NCBI RefSeq assembly: GCF_000299365.1
Contig: NC_018655.1
Span: 750,001-782,000, forward strand
Length of the DNA stretch: 32,000 nt
From: Candidatus Nitrosopumilus koreensis AR1
GTDB lineage: Archaea; Thermoproteota; Nitrososphaeria; Nitrososphaerales; Nitrosopumilaceae
Reading direction: 5' to 3'
Part shown: positions 8,525 to 18,124 of the stretch, one piece after another
Position numbering within the stretch: the stretch's first letter is position 1
Layout: each line of letters starts with the position of its first letter
Notes under the pieces: generated by a model
What the model saw: the letters and a program-made list of their open reading frames with translations, nothing else
What the model was told of the DNA's origin: nothing
The model's database searches: none
Position numbers and translations under genes: made by a program

Positions 8525-10325
8525 TAGTCCATGTTGCTTTTGTATTTCTTAATTGTTCTATCATAGCTTTTAACAATAATGCATCAACAATTTGTTTGAA
8601 TCCAAACACTAAGAATCCTGCATATGCTAGCAGTTTTTTATCTTCCTCATCAATTCGCAATGCTAAGGCGGTCATTAAGTAATGAACAATTATGAATATT
8701 AAAAATACCTGTAAGACATACCATCCATCTCCCATAACCACACCTAAAATTGCATTTATGGTCGCAGTAAATCCCACAATTGGTGTTATGACCATCCCTA
8801 AGAAAAGATATGGTAAGGACAATTTTTGTAAATACCCATATCTGGGATTAACCAATGCATCTGAATGTCTTTTTAATACCTGAATATTCCCACGATACCA
8901 CCTTTTTCTTTGTGCGATAAAATCTCGTAATGTGCTTGGGGCTTCAGTATATGCTGTAGCTTTAGTGCTTCCTTGCGTAATTAATCCTGCTTTAAGTAAC
9001 TTTATTGTTTGATCAAAATCTTCTACAATCGTTTCTTTTCCATATGGTCCTGCCTCAGTTAGGAATGATTTCTTAAATGCGCCTAATGCTCCTGGTACAA
9101 TGGTTATTGAACCAAATACATCAAATGCTCGTCGCACGATTTGAATTCCCGTAATGTATTCTAAAGCTTGACATTTTGTAAGCCAGTTTTTTTGATTTCT
9201 AACTTTAATGTTTCCTGCAACTGCTGCAACGTGTTCATTTACTTCAAATCCTTTTACAATTTCTTTCAACGACTGTCTACCAATAATTGTATCTGCATCC
9301 ACAATTACAATAATTTCACCTGTTGAATACTGAATTCCATAATTAATTGCAGTGGCTTTTCCCCCATTCTCTTTATGAAGAACTTTGATTTGATCTTTGT
9401 AATTTTTTGCAATACGTAACGTATTGTCTTTACTACCATCATCAACAAAAATAATCTCCTTTTTTGGATATTTTGTTTCCAATAAACCTTCAATCGTATT
9501 TGCAATAACCTTTTCTTCATTATATGCGGGAATAATTATTGATATGTTTGGATATGATTTTACATCTGGTTGTATATCTTCTCTGTATTTACTAAGTACT
9601 GCCATGGGTACAAATAGCATTGTGGACCAAAAGGTTATTGTCATGGCCCATAACAAAATAATTCTTATTGGTGATTCTAGCAACGTGTATCCTTCATAGA
9701 CAATCATTCCTCCTATCAGAAAAGGTGATAATAGCAAGAATAGCAAGAACGCTGATGGTTTTTTATTTCTAAATTTATTTCTGGAATAAAGTTTTCTTGT
9801 TGCATCTATAACATGATATATGGTAAGTCCTCCTCCTAAACCCATGGCAATCATGCTTATTGGTCCTAAGATGAAATATACTGAACAGCATAGTATTGCA
9901 AAAATTGAACCGGTTAATGCTAACTGAACAGGATCTTTTTTTATTTTAATTTCTCTTTGTGTGGTGTTATTCTTTTTTTGTTTGTTGTTATTGCTAAAAG
10001 TTTGAGGGAAACAGATCTTATGATACCATAAATTTTGGTCTCTGATCGACTTCTCATCTAATTTTATCGAATTCTTACAAATTTGACATGTGACTAAATT
10101 CGGATTCAAAAAAACCGATTTGTCTTTTCTTTTAGGTTCTTGTTTTTTTTCATAAATTATTGGGAAAATTGATTCTTTTAGAATATTTTCAAGATATTTC
10201 TGATCTGAATTTGGTATTTCTTTTTCTGTTTTTATTCTTTGTAAAAGATAATGATTTCTCCCCCAATCTCCTTTAGATTGTTTTATTGCTAAATTTAATT
10301 TTGCAATAAGGATGTCTTTCTCCAT
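8502..10325 (-). CDS. Membrane processive glycosyltransferase family 2 (poly-GlcNAc/cellulose synthase-like)
   Basis: 607 aa. IPAYNEEKVIANTIEGLL, DDGSKD, DADTIIG, EDFDQTI and QRKRWYRG (D,D,D,QxxRW), with TM segments on both sides. N-terminal CxxC...HKxC zinc-like motif. Confidence 0.9.
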   Translation of the reverse strand: MEKDILIAKLNLAIKQSKGDWGRNHYLLQRIKTEKEIPNSDQKYLENILKESIFPIIYEKKQEPKRKDKSVFLNPNLVTCQICKNSIKLDEKSIRDQNLWYHKICFPQTFSNNNKQKKNNTTQREIKIKKDPVQLALTGSIFAILCCSVYFILGPISMIAMGLGGGLTIYHVIDATRKLYSRNKFRNKKPSAFLLFLLLSPFLIGGMIVYEGYTLLESPIRIILLWAMTITFWSTMLFVPMAVLSKYREDIQPDVKSYPNISIIIPAYNEEKVIANTIEGLLETKYPKKEIIFVDDGSKDNTLRIAKNYKDQIKVLHKENGGKATAINYGIQYSTGEIIVIVDADTIIGRQSLKEIVKGFEVNEHVAAVAGNIKVRNQKNWLTKCQALEYITGIQIVRRAFDVFGSITIVPGALGAFKKSFLTEAGPYGKETIVEDFDQTIKLLKAGLITQGSTKATAYTEAPSTLRDFIAQRKRWYRGNIQVLKRHSDALVNPRYGYLQKLSLPYLFLGMVITPIVGFTATINAILGVVMGDGWYVLQVFLIFIIVHYLMTALALRIDEEDKKLLAYAGFLVFGFKQIVDALLLKAMIEQLRNTKATWTSAKRVGV

Positions 10326-10423
10326 TTTTCGATATCTCTACAATTTTATGGTATATGTGATTTCATTCTGTTCTATTTCTTACATGTGATTTTTACATGT
10401 ATTTCTATGGCAAAATTATTTTG

Positions 10424-11599
10424 TTAGTTTTTGTTTTTACCTTTGTCAGAGTTGCCAGCATTAGCAGAGTTGCCAGCATTAGCAGAGTTGCCAGGGTTGC
10501 CTAAAGATGCTAATACACTTTTTGCAGTACTTGATTTGTTATTACTTTTATTTTCCCGTGCATCTTTTCTCTGTTTTTCTTTCTTATCTTCTAATTGTTC
10601 TTCATCTTCATCTATAATTTTGGATGCTTCTTCAAGAGATTTTGTGATGTCATCTTCAATTATTGCTTCTAGTGTAGATATTGTTTGTGCCTCTTCGAAT
10701 TCTGCAATGATTTGTTTAGATTCTGTTAATGATTCAAGTATTTCATCTTCATAAATTTGCTCTAGTGTACCATGGAATATTATTTCATTTTCATTAAACT
10801 CTATTAGATCAAGAATGTTGTTATTGCTATTCTTTTTTAATTCAAATACTTTCTTCTGTTTTTCTTGTTTTTCTTTTTTATCTAACATTTGTTTAATGTC
10901 ATTTTTTACATTCTCTAATTTTGCTTTGAATTTGTCATCATTTGTTTGAGGAATCATTCTGTCAATTGCAGGTACTGCCAAATTCCACTTTTTTGTACTT
11001 ATTATTTCGTCTATGGCAACTTTGTGATGAATGTTTTGTACATCTCCACCATTTGCTTCATCTGCAAGCTTCATTCCTATTTTGTTCATCATTTTTTGGT
11101 AGTTTTCTTTTGCTTTTGTTACTTTAATTGCGTCTTCAATTTGTTTTTCTGATTCCTTGCTGAAATCTTGTTTTGCTTCATTGTTTTCAAAACTCAATTT
11201 GCTTTTAACTACTTCAGACACTAATTTCTTTTCAGTTAAAGATAACCCATTTTCTTTTTGATACTCTTTTACATCTTTTTCATATTTCTCAAAAACTATC
11301 ATATAGTTTTCTTTAAGATATGAGTAGATTTTGTCTACTTTTTCCTCGTTTCCGTCATTTACTTCATTAATTTCCAATAATGCCTTCTTAATCTGTTTTA
11401 TTTCAAATGATGTTTTACCTAATGTTAATTCGTCTAATTCATTTTCACTGTTTTTTAATTCTACTAATCTGTTGTTTACCTCAATCATTTTGGAAACCAT
11501 ACTGTCCGTATCTGCATATGCGTCTTGACCAGACATTCCTGTGACTGCCGAAATGGCCCCAATTATTGCAATTATTGCAATTACCTGCAGTGCTTTCAT
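10424..11599 (-). CDS. Secreted Lys/Glu-rich coiled-coil protein with C-terminal GNSANAG repeat tail
   Basis: Signal segment MKALQVIAIIAIIGAISAVTGMSGQDAYA, a highly charged helical body and the tail LGNPGNSANAGNSANAGNSDKGKNKN. Confidence 0.7.
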   Translation of the reverse strand: MKALQVIAIIAIIGAISAVTGMSGQDAYADTDSMVSKMIEVNNRLVELKNSENELDELTLGKTSFEIKQIKKALLEINEVNDGNEEKVDKIYSYLKENYMIVFEKYEKDVKEYQKENGLSLTEKKLVSEVVKSKLSFENNEAKQDFSKESEKQIEDAIKVTKAKENYQKMMNKIGMKLADEANGGDVQNIHHKVAIDEIISTKKWNLAVPAIDRMIPQTNDDKFKAKLENVKNDIKQMLDKKEKQEKQKKVFELKKNSNNNILDLIEFNENEIIFHGTLEQIYEDEILESLTESKQIIAEFEEAQTISTLEAIIEDDITKSLEEASKIIDEDEEQLEDKKEKQRKDARENKSNNKSSTAKSVLASLGNPGNSANAGNSANAGNSDKGKNKN

Positions 11600-11863
11600 T
11601 TTACAGTACTAATACGACATTATGACCCATATTCAGAATGGAATTTTGTGTGAAAGAATCGTTCCTAAAAGGATCATTTTTGATAAAAACAGTGTTTTTT
11701 TGGCATGAAAATTGGGGTAATCTTTTCTCCATTTTGGAACTAGTTTTTGTCAAAAAATTCCACACATGTTTTGACCTATTTTGAGGTCATTTTGAGTAAT
11801 TTTTTTCTTTAAATGTTGATTTAACATCAATACCTAAAAAAACAGGATAATCTGTGATTTTGT

Positions 11864-12916
11864 GTGAAGAAAGTATTTGTTAATGGATATGGTTCTATTG
11901 GAAGTAGAATTACATCATTTCTAAAAGATGATCCTGAAATATCTGTCATTGGAGTTGGAAAATACTCTCCTGACAAAGACGTGGATGTTGCAATTTCTAG
12001 AGGATTGAATGTGTATGTACCTCAAGACAAGTTGACTGATTTTAATAATTTTAAAATTTCTGGATCAATTGAAACTGCTCTAGATGATTGTGATCTTGTA
12101 ATTGATGCAGCTCCTGGAGGTCATGGTTACAAAAATAAAAAAAATCTCTATGAACCACGTAACTTATCTGCAATATATCAAGGTGGAGAATCCACAATGG
12201 GAGATAACGCAGTTTCTGATTTATTGTTTAATTCTAGAGCTAACTATGATCTTGCAATTGGTAAAAATCATGTAATGCAAGGTAGTTGTAATGTAACTGG
12301 TATGGGGAGGATTCTTGAACCATTAAGAGACAAGTTTGGTGATGATCTTATTCGTTTTGATGTAACTCTTGTTAGAAGATGGGCAGATATTGAACAAACA
12401 GATAAAAAACTTTCAGATACTATTGAAATGACTGAAAAACCTCATCATGGGGATGATGTAAAATTGTATTTTGGAAAAGATGCTCCTCTTTATGTACGAG
12501 CAATCAAGGTACCAACTCGTCAAATGCATTTACACATCATGGATATTCGATTCAAAGAAACTGCTCCAAAGCCTTCTGAGATTCATGAACTTTTTGCAAA
12601 TGAGTTTGGTGTTGCTACATTGTGGACTGCAAAAGGAACAAAAGATGTAAGAGATTATGCTCAAAATATGGGATTTAATTTTACTGATACAAACATGATT
12701 CACATTCATGCCAATATGACCACATCCATTGGCGACACAGTACAGATGATGTATTCTGATGATCAAACTGGAATTGTTATTCCTGAAAATCACATGCTGA
12801 TGCAGGCAATGTTATTTGAAAAATCATATTCTGAAGCATTTGCGCATACAGAATCAATATTCCATATGGCAGAAAAGAAACAAAAATTACAAGAGCATTT
12901 TGCTAAAAAAGATTAA
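11864..12916 (+). CDS. gap: Glyceraldehyde-3-phosphate dehydrogenase, archaeal type II
   Basis: VFVNGYGSIGSRI, DLVIDAAPGG, QGGE, and active-site QGSCNVTG in a 350 aa ORF. Confidence 0.92.
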   Translation: MKKVFVNGYGSIGSRITSFLKDDPEISVIGVGKYSPDKDVDVAISRGLNVYVPQDKLTDFNNFKISGSIETALDDCDLVIDAAPGGHGYKNKKNLYEPRNLSAIYQGGESTMGDNAVSDLLFNSRANYDLAIGKNHVMQGSCNVTGMGRILEPLRDKFGDDLIRFDVTLVRRWADIEQTDKKLSDTIEMTEKPHHGDDVKLYFGKDAPLYVRAIKVPTRQMHLHIMDIRFKETAPKPSEIHELFANEFGVATLWTAKGTKDVRDYAQNMGFNFTDTNMIHIHANMTTSIGDTVQMMYSDDQTGIVIPENHMLMQAMLFEKSYSEAFAHTESIFHMAEKKQKLQEHFAKKD

Positions 12917-14166
12917 TTTCTAATTCGTTCTATTCTTATTTCCTTAGGCATGTTTTTTCTAACTTTTTCTACAATTATCCTTAAAGATTCTACTTCTATT
13001 TTGTCTCCTGCTTGAGGAATATCTTGGAGTCTTTCATGCAACAATCCATTGAGAGTTCCATAATCATCCCCTTCAGGGATGTCTGTTTTGAAAATATTGT
13101 TTATTTTTTCAATTTCAATATCGCCATTTACAATTATGGTATCTTTGTCAACAGATTTGTAATCTGCTGCCCTTATTGCATCTGTTTCATCTTCAATATC
13201 TCCAATGATCTCTTCAATCAGATCTTCCAGAGTCACTAAACCTTCTACTCCTCCATGTTCATCGATAACTATTGCCATGTGTGTCTTTCTTCCCTTCATC
13301 TCCTTTAGTAAAGAACTGACCATCTTTTCTTGAGATGCAAAAACTGGTTTTCGGGATAGTTGTTCAAGTGTAATTACATCTTTTTCTTTTTCTAATTGTT
13401 GAAGAACATCTCTAACATGTACAAAACCTACTATGTCATCTTGTGTTTCTCCAAATATTGGTATTCTTGAATGTGTACTTCTATTAATTTCAGGTAATGC
13501 TTCAAACAGCAACATCTTTGCAGGCAACATGAACATTTTAGTTCTGGGTGTCATCACGGTTCGTATTACTGTGTCATCAAATTCTAAAGCACTATGAACA
13601 AGTTCACTTTCATCTTTTTCTAAGGCTTTGTCTACTAACCCCTGTTCGACTATTCCTTTGATTTCTTCTTCTGTAATGGGTGGTGAGTCATAACTACTGC
13701 CAGTTATTTTTACCATGAATCTTGTAATTGATTCAAGTATCTTGACGATTGGCCAAAATGCATAACTAAATACCAACAAAACTCGTGAAAACCGTAACGC
13801 AATTTTTGTTGCATTTGCATTACAGTATGTTTTAGGCGTTATCTCTCCAAAAACCAAAATTAAGAAAGTCATTACACCTACTGCAATTCCTAATCCATCA
13901 CTACCAAAAATTCTAATTGCCACACTTGTTGCAAATGCGGAGGATCCAACATTTACAAGGTTGTTTCCTAAATTTACACTTGCCATCATCCATCCTGGAT
14001 TTGTCTTTAGTTTATGGAGGGCTTTTGCTCCTTTGACATTTTGTTTTAATAATTGATTTACTTTAGAACTTCTTGTTCCAACTAATGCTACTTCTAAACC
14101 ACTAAAAAATCCTGATAATCCAATTAATGTAGCTAAAGCTACTAATTCTACCCATAATTCTACCAT
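12913..14166 (-). CDS. CNNM/CorC-family membrane protein (DUF21, CBS pair, CorC/HlyC C-terminal domain)
   Basis: SGFFSGLEVALVGTR, FGEITPKTYC, VMTPRTKMFML, the HMAIVIDEHGGVEGLVTLEDLIEEIIGDIEDE CBS segment and a C-terminal transporter-associated domain. Confidence 0.9.
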   Translation of the reverse strand: MVELWVELVALATLIGLSGFFSGLEVALVGTRSSKVNQLLKQNVKGAKALHKLKTNPGWMMASVNLGNNLVNVGSSAFATSVAIRIFGSDGLGIAVGVMTFLILVFGEITPKTYCNANATKIALRFSRVLLVFSYAFWPIVKILESITRFMVKITGSSYDSPPITEEEIKGIVEQGLVDKALEKDESELVHSALEFDDTVIRTVMTPRTKMFMLPAKMLLFEALPEINRSTHSRIPIFGETQDDIVGFVHVRDVLQQLEKEKDVITLEQLSRKPVFASQEKMVSSLLKEMKGRKTHMAIVIDEHGGVEGLVTLEDLIEEIIGDIEDETDAIRAADYKSVDKDTIIVNGDIEIEKINNIFKTDIPEGDDYGTLNGLLHERLQDIPQAGDKIEVESLRIIVEKVRKNMPKEIRIERIRN

Positions 14167-14304
14167 GACATTCTCCCGAAAATTTTCTTAGAACAACTAC
14201 GTTGTTTTTTCATTTAGTTTTTTTGCACCATCTCTTGGTTACCAGAATTCAAAAAAACTCAGATTTAATCTTTAAGATGTTAAATTCATCCAAAACAAAA
14301 AACA

Positions 14305-14320
14305 AGCCTAAAACGAGGCT
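14305..14320 (-). terminator. Possible terminator hairpin overlapping the thrC stop codon
   Basis: On the minus strand: AGCCT-CGTTTT-AGGCT followed by TGTTTTTTGTTTT. The stem is only 5 bp. Confidence 0.35.
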
Positions 14321-15662
14321 AATTTTTTGGAGGATTTGCAAATTTATTTTGTGGATTATTGTGATAATCTACAGGAAGCATTGCATCTTTTTGCCTACCT
14401 GTAAGAATTCCTACTACTGTGTCATCTTTACTGATAACTCCCTCATTGATTAATTTCTTAACGCCTACTACCGAGGCTCCTGATGCCATCTCACAATCAA
14501 ATCCATTAAGACCCACTACAGACATACCGTCAAGCATATCTGAATCTGAAACAGTTGTTACCACACCATTTGTAAATTCTAATGCACGTAAACCTTTCAA
14601 AATATTTGCAGGCCTTCCAATTTGAATTGCAGTAGCTTTTGTTTTTGGTCGTATACCTTCTTTATCCAAATAATCATAATATCTTGTAATTAATTCTGTG
14701 TTAGGTTTTCCTTTGTTCCATCTCAGCTCCTCTCCTTCAAATTTACCATTATACAAATCCGATAATGTGCTTGCACCTTCAGAATTTATGACTGCGATTC
14801 TTGGAATTTTTTTAATCCATCCCCATTCATATAATTCCATTAATGCTTTTCCACAACTAGATGTATTTCCTAATGCTCCTCCAGGATAAACAATCCAATC
14901 TGGTGTTTCCCAGTTCAAATATTCTAACACTCTAAATGGAATTGTTTTTTGTCCTTCTATTCTAAATGGATTGATAGAATTTACAGTATATCCGTCATGA
15001 TTTTGTGCATCATCTAATGACTGTTTTAATGCATCATCAAAATTTCCATCAATCTCTAATATCTGAGCTCCAAATTGATAGGCTTGACTTAATTTTCCTG
15101 GGGCAATCTGTCCTGAAGGAATGTATACATCACAATTTATCCCTTCATTTGCTGCAAACATTCCAGCTGATGCAGATGTGTTTCCAGTTGATGCACAAAC
15201 AATCTTTTTCGCACCTACCATTTTTGCATGAGTCACTGCCGTTGCCATTCCATTATCTTTGAATGAACCACTTGGATTGTATCCTTCTGGTTGTAGCCAA
15301 AAGTTTTCATTGGAAATCCCTACAAATTCTGCAGCTTTTGACATGTGGTATGGCTTTGATAATCTTCCTTCTGCCCCATCAAGTGAAACTAAATATTTTG
15401 AACACTCTTCTATGTCTTCTGTATCAATCTGGCAAAAGTTGAGTAACTCTCTAAATCGCCAAACCCCACTTTCATTAAAAATACTTCCATGAGGATTATG
15501 TCTTTTGTCAAATACCTCTTTTAGATTGTCAGATGGTGCATTTTTGTATTTTACATCAAGCAGATGACCCTTATCACAATGTACAATTGTACTTTCTATA
15601 GGATACTCTAAACCGCATTGTGGATCAATACATTTGAGATAAGCGTCTCCTTTCATAGTCAT
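14319..15662 (-). CDS. thrC: Threonine synthase
   Basis: FWLQPEGYNPSGSFKDNGMATAVTHAK, CASTGNTSASAGMFA and VYPGGALGNTSS, with an N-terminal Cys-containing region. Confidence 0.9.
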   Translation of the reverse strand: MTMKGDAYLKCIDPQCGLEYPIESTIVHCDKGHLLDVKYKNAPSDNLKEVFDKRHNPHGSIFNESGVWRFRELLNFCQIDTEDIEECSKYLVSLDGAEGRLSKPYHMSKAAEFVGISNENFWLQPEGYNPSGSFKDNGMATAVTHAKMVGAKKIVCASTGNTSASAGMFAANEGINCDVYIPSGQIAPGKLSQAYQFGAQILEIDGNFDDALKQSLDDAQNHDGYTVNSINPFRIEGQKTIPFRVLEYLNWETPDWIVYPGGALGNTSSCGKALMELYEWGWIKKIPRIAVINSEGASTLSDLYNGKFEGEELRWNKGKPNTELITRYYDYLDKEGIRPKTKATAIQIGRPANILKGLRALEFTNGVVTTVSDSDMLDGMSVVGLNGFDCEMASGASVVGVKKLINEGVISKDDTVVGILTGRQKDAMLPVDYHNNPQNKFANPPKN

Positions 15663-15760
15663 TACGGAAAATTAATGATAATTTAAAGCAAATGTGTAAT
15701 TTTTACACAAGTCAAGCTATTTTTCCTAAACTTTAGATTGGATGTGTCTAGAAAATAATT

Positions 15761-16135
15761 GTGGTTACATATAACGAATATTTGAAAAATATTCTTTTAC
15801 AAATTCTTGAATCCTATAATTATCTCAATGACCTCAAGGACAAACCCGGAGATCTGGATATTATTAAAAAAGAATCACTAAAAATTAACGGTTTTTTAAA
15901 AGTGATATCCAACAAAATTGATGAAAATAAAATCACCCATTCTGATTTTAAGCCTTTAAAACAAAAATTCAAAAATTATTTAAAAAATTATTCATTTGAC
16001 CAAGAAATAGAAACTATGGCGCTTCTCTATAAAGAAGATATGCATAGAGTAAAAAATATGAGATTGAAGATCTTGGAATCTTTGGGGGAAAATACTATGA
16101 TTGCAGACATCAAGGAGTTAAGAGAGAAGATTTGA
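15761..16135 (+). CDS. Hypothetical helical protein
   Basis: 124 aa ORF divergent from thrC, with plausible helical composition. Confidence 0.5.
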   Translation: MVTYNEYLKNILLQILESYNYLNDLKDKPGDLDIIKKESLKINGFLKVISNKIDENKITHSDFKPLKQKFKNYLKNYSFDQEIETMALLYKEDMHRVKNMRLKILESLGENTMIADIKELREKI

Positions 16136-16236
16136 GTGAGAAAAAATGTGTGTTATGTGGGTGTAAAGATCATAAGTTGTTTGGGTGTAACAGACACATG
16201 TCAAAGAAATGTAGTTGCTACAAAGAAGAAAACTGA
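16132..16236 (+). CDS. 34-aa Cys-rich microprotein
   Basis: TTG start overlaps the upstream stop (TTGA). Hand translation: MSEKKCVLCGCKDHKLFGCNRHMSKKCSCYKEEN*. Absent from the ORF track. Confidence 0.45.
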   Translation: MSEKKCVLCGCKDHKLFGCNRHMSKKCSCYKEEN

Positions 16237-16244
16237 TTTTAAAA

Positions 16245-16361
16245 TTATTTGCGTTTAGGTCCAGATCTTTCATGGAAATTTAAACAGCATTTACATTCTT
16301 TTTCAAGACATTCTGATTCAGCATGGTGGCCACAAATTCCACATTCGCAACTTTTAGACAT
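16245..16361 (-). CDS. 38-aa Cys/His-rich microprotein
   Basis: Hand translation: MSKSCECGICGHHAESECLEKECKCCLNFHERSGPKRK*. Converges on the 34-aa Cys-rich ORF. Confidence 0.5.
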   Translation of the reverse strand: MSKSCECGICGHHAESECLEKECKCCLNFHERSGPKRK

Positions 16362-16437
16362 GATATATCTTGTATTATTTAGCATATAATAGTTAATTTG
16401 TAAAAAACTAATGCCAAATATCTAATTTCATTTATAA

Positions 16438-16755
16438 TTATTTTTTAGATTTTGATTTTTTGCCCGAAGTTTCTTTCCCTTCTAACTCTTTTTCGATCTC
16501 TTCTGCTTTGCTGTCTACTGCTTTGATGATTTCTTGAATTAATCCGTCAAGATCACTATCTTCGGCATCTGGTTCTACTGTGGAGGCAATTTCATTAATT
16601 GTATTTGAAATCTCTGCACTGACATCCTCAAAACTTTCAGGGTCTTCATATGCTGCATTATAGAGATTTTTTAGGTTATTTACATGACCTATTACTTGAT
16701 CTGTAATCACAATTCTATAATCCGTGCCATTTACCTCGAATTCTTTTGAACTCAT
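16438..16755 (-). CDS. Small acidic hypothetical protein with Lys/Ser tail
   Basis: 105 aa ORF with a regular acidic helical body and the basic tail KSKSKK. Confidence 0.55.
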   Translation of the reverse strand: MSSKEFEVNGTDYRIVITDQVIGHVNNLKNLYNAAYEDPESFEDVSAEISNTINEIASTVEPDAEDSDLDGLIQEIIKAVDSKAEEIEKELEGKETSGKKSKSKK

Positions 16756-16920
16756 ACTGTTTTTCGAATTCTTATCTTTATAGGCTTTACCATATTTGTC
16801 AGGGATTATCAGGGAATGTTTTTCAAAAGATCATACAACTACAATTTTAATTTTTTTGTATTTTATTCGTAAATTCTTTAAATTGAAAACATTCGTTAGA
16901 TAGTTTTATAAAATATTTTT

Positions 16921-17929
16921 TTATGTTTCTCCCTCAGGTCTTATGTAATAATGCAGTATGTCTCCTAATAGTAAATACGTATAGACAATACATCTCACTG
17001 CATCTGTTTTTGTAAATTCTGAATGATCTCCTTTACTTGCATAAGAATTGATGCTGTTTAACAAACCATCTACATATTGGAACATGGCAGAAAATACCTT
17101 TTTTTCATTGTTACTTTGTATGCTTTGTTGTATTCTTGCAAGAATTCTATTTGTGTAATCACTTTCAGTAATTTTGTGTTCTCTCCCCTCAGAATCAATA
17201 TGGGGTTTATCGGATGGGGGATATAATGAATCTGCTACATCTTTTATTATTCGTCGACATGTAGAAGCAATTTCAGAATAGACGATTTTATCTTCCGATG
17301 ATAACTGAGCATACATAACAGGTAATTTTTCTATCGCTTGAGGACATAATTTGATCAGTTCAGAATCAACTTCTTGTCTAACAAATTCAAAAATATTTTC
17401 TGGTACTTGACCATATGTGAATTCATTAATCATTCTGTTAAGTCTTTTAATTAATTCAAGTTTTACTGAGCCTAAAATTCTGCCAATCTCATATTTGGGG
17501 TAGTTTATTGAACACATCAAAGAAATATTCTTCAATCCTGCATCTGTAAATTTTTTTACATCATTTTTTCCAAGCCCATAGATAATTCGATCGTCTTGAG
17601 CTTTCAATAATTGTTCAATTTTTGGAACCCCATCTTCAAAACTATGACGTGTAAATTCATTGTTTGGGTCAACAGATGATTTTCCATCAGGACCCTGAAC
17701 ATAACCATAAAGGTTCTTTCTGTAATTGGGTAGTTTTTTTTTGAGGAAATGAATCCAATTCATATTTTGCCCATTCTAAATCGTCTTCTTCTCCTAAAAT
17801 TTCTGCAACTGTATAGAATCCTAAAAGACTACTTTCAACAGAAGTAGTTCCACTAAGAAGAACTTCTCGAGTTTCACGAGCTATTTTTAATGCATCATCA
17901 ATTTCGGGGGTGGTAAATTTTCTAGGCAT
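16921..17929 (-). CDS. AbiTii-like protein interrupted by a frameshift at an A9 run (two ORFs: 17687-17929 and 16921-17763)
   Basis: Joining frames across the homopolymer at 17734-17742 gives ...GEEDDLEWAKYELDSFPQKKLPNYRKNLYGYVQGPDG..., resembling the AbiTii pattern (WxxxELxxY/F...LPxYR). Family assignment is from memory. Confidence 0.55.
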
Positions 17930-17938
17930 TATAGTTTC

Positions 17939-18073
17939 TTAAATTAAGAATTTACTATTACCTTTTATGGATTTGGTTGGACTTGGCGTGTGCTTAATCG
18001 TTGTTTCATTGTAAATTTTGTCAAGTTTCAACTCTTGATTTAATAATCTACGATATTCCTTACTTTGTTGCAT
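17939..18073 (-). CDS. Possible 44-aa basic hypothetical protein
   Basis: Hand translation: MQQSKEYRRLLNQELKLDKIYNETTIKHTPSPTKSIKGNSKFLI*. Same strand and 10 nt upstream of the AbiTii-like gene. Confidence 0.25.
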   Translation of the reverse strand: MQQSKEYRRLLNQELKLDKIYNETTIKHTPSPTKSIKGNSKFLI

Positions 18074-18124
18074 CGGTAAAAAAAATCAGAAAATTTCTAT
18101 AGGTATTATGAATTTAATAATACT

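Noticed and set aside
8194-8682. 162-aa + strand ORF over the GT2/deacetylase junction
   Set aside because: Antisense to both coding genes, with low-complexity L/H/F-rich translation.
10431-11528. Several + strand ORFs (10431-10754, 10942-11127, 10946-11152, 11331-11528)
   Set aside because: Antisense to the Lys/Glu-rich secreted protein. Their Phe/Leu/Ser-rich repeats mirror the complement of K/E codons.
14419-15492. + strand ORFs across thrC (14419, 14698, 15005, 15259)
   Set aside because: Shadow ORFs antisense to threonine synthase.
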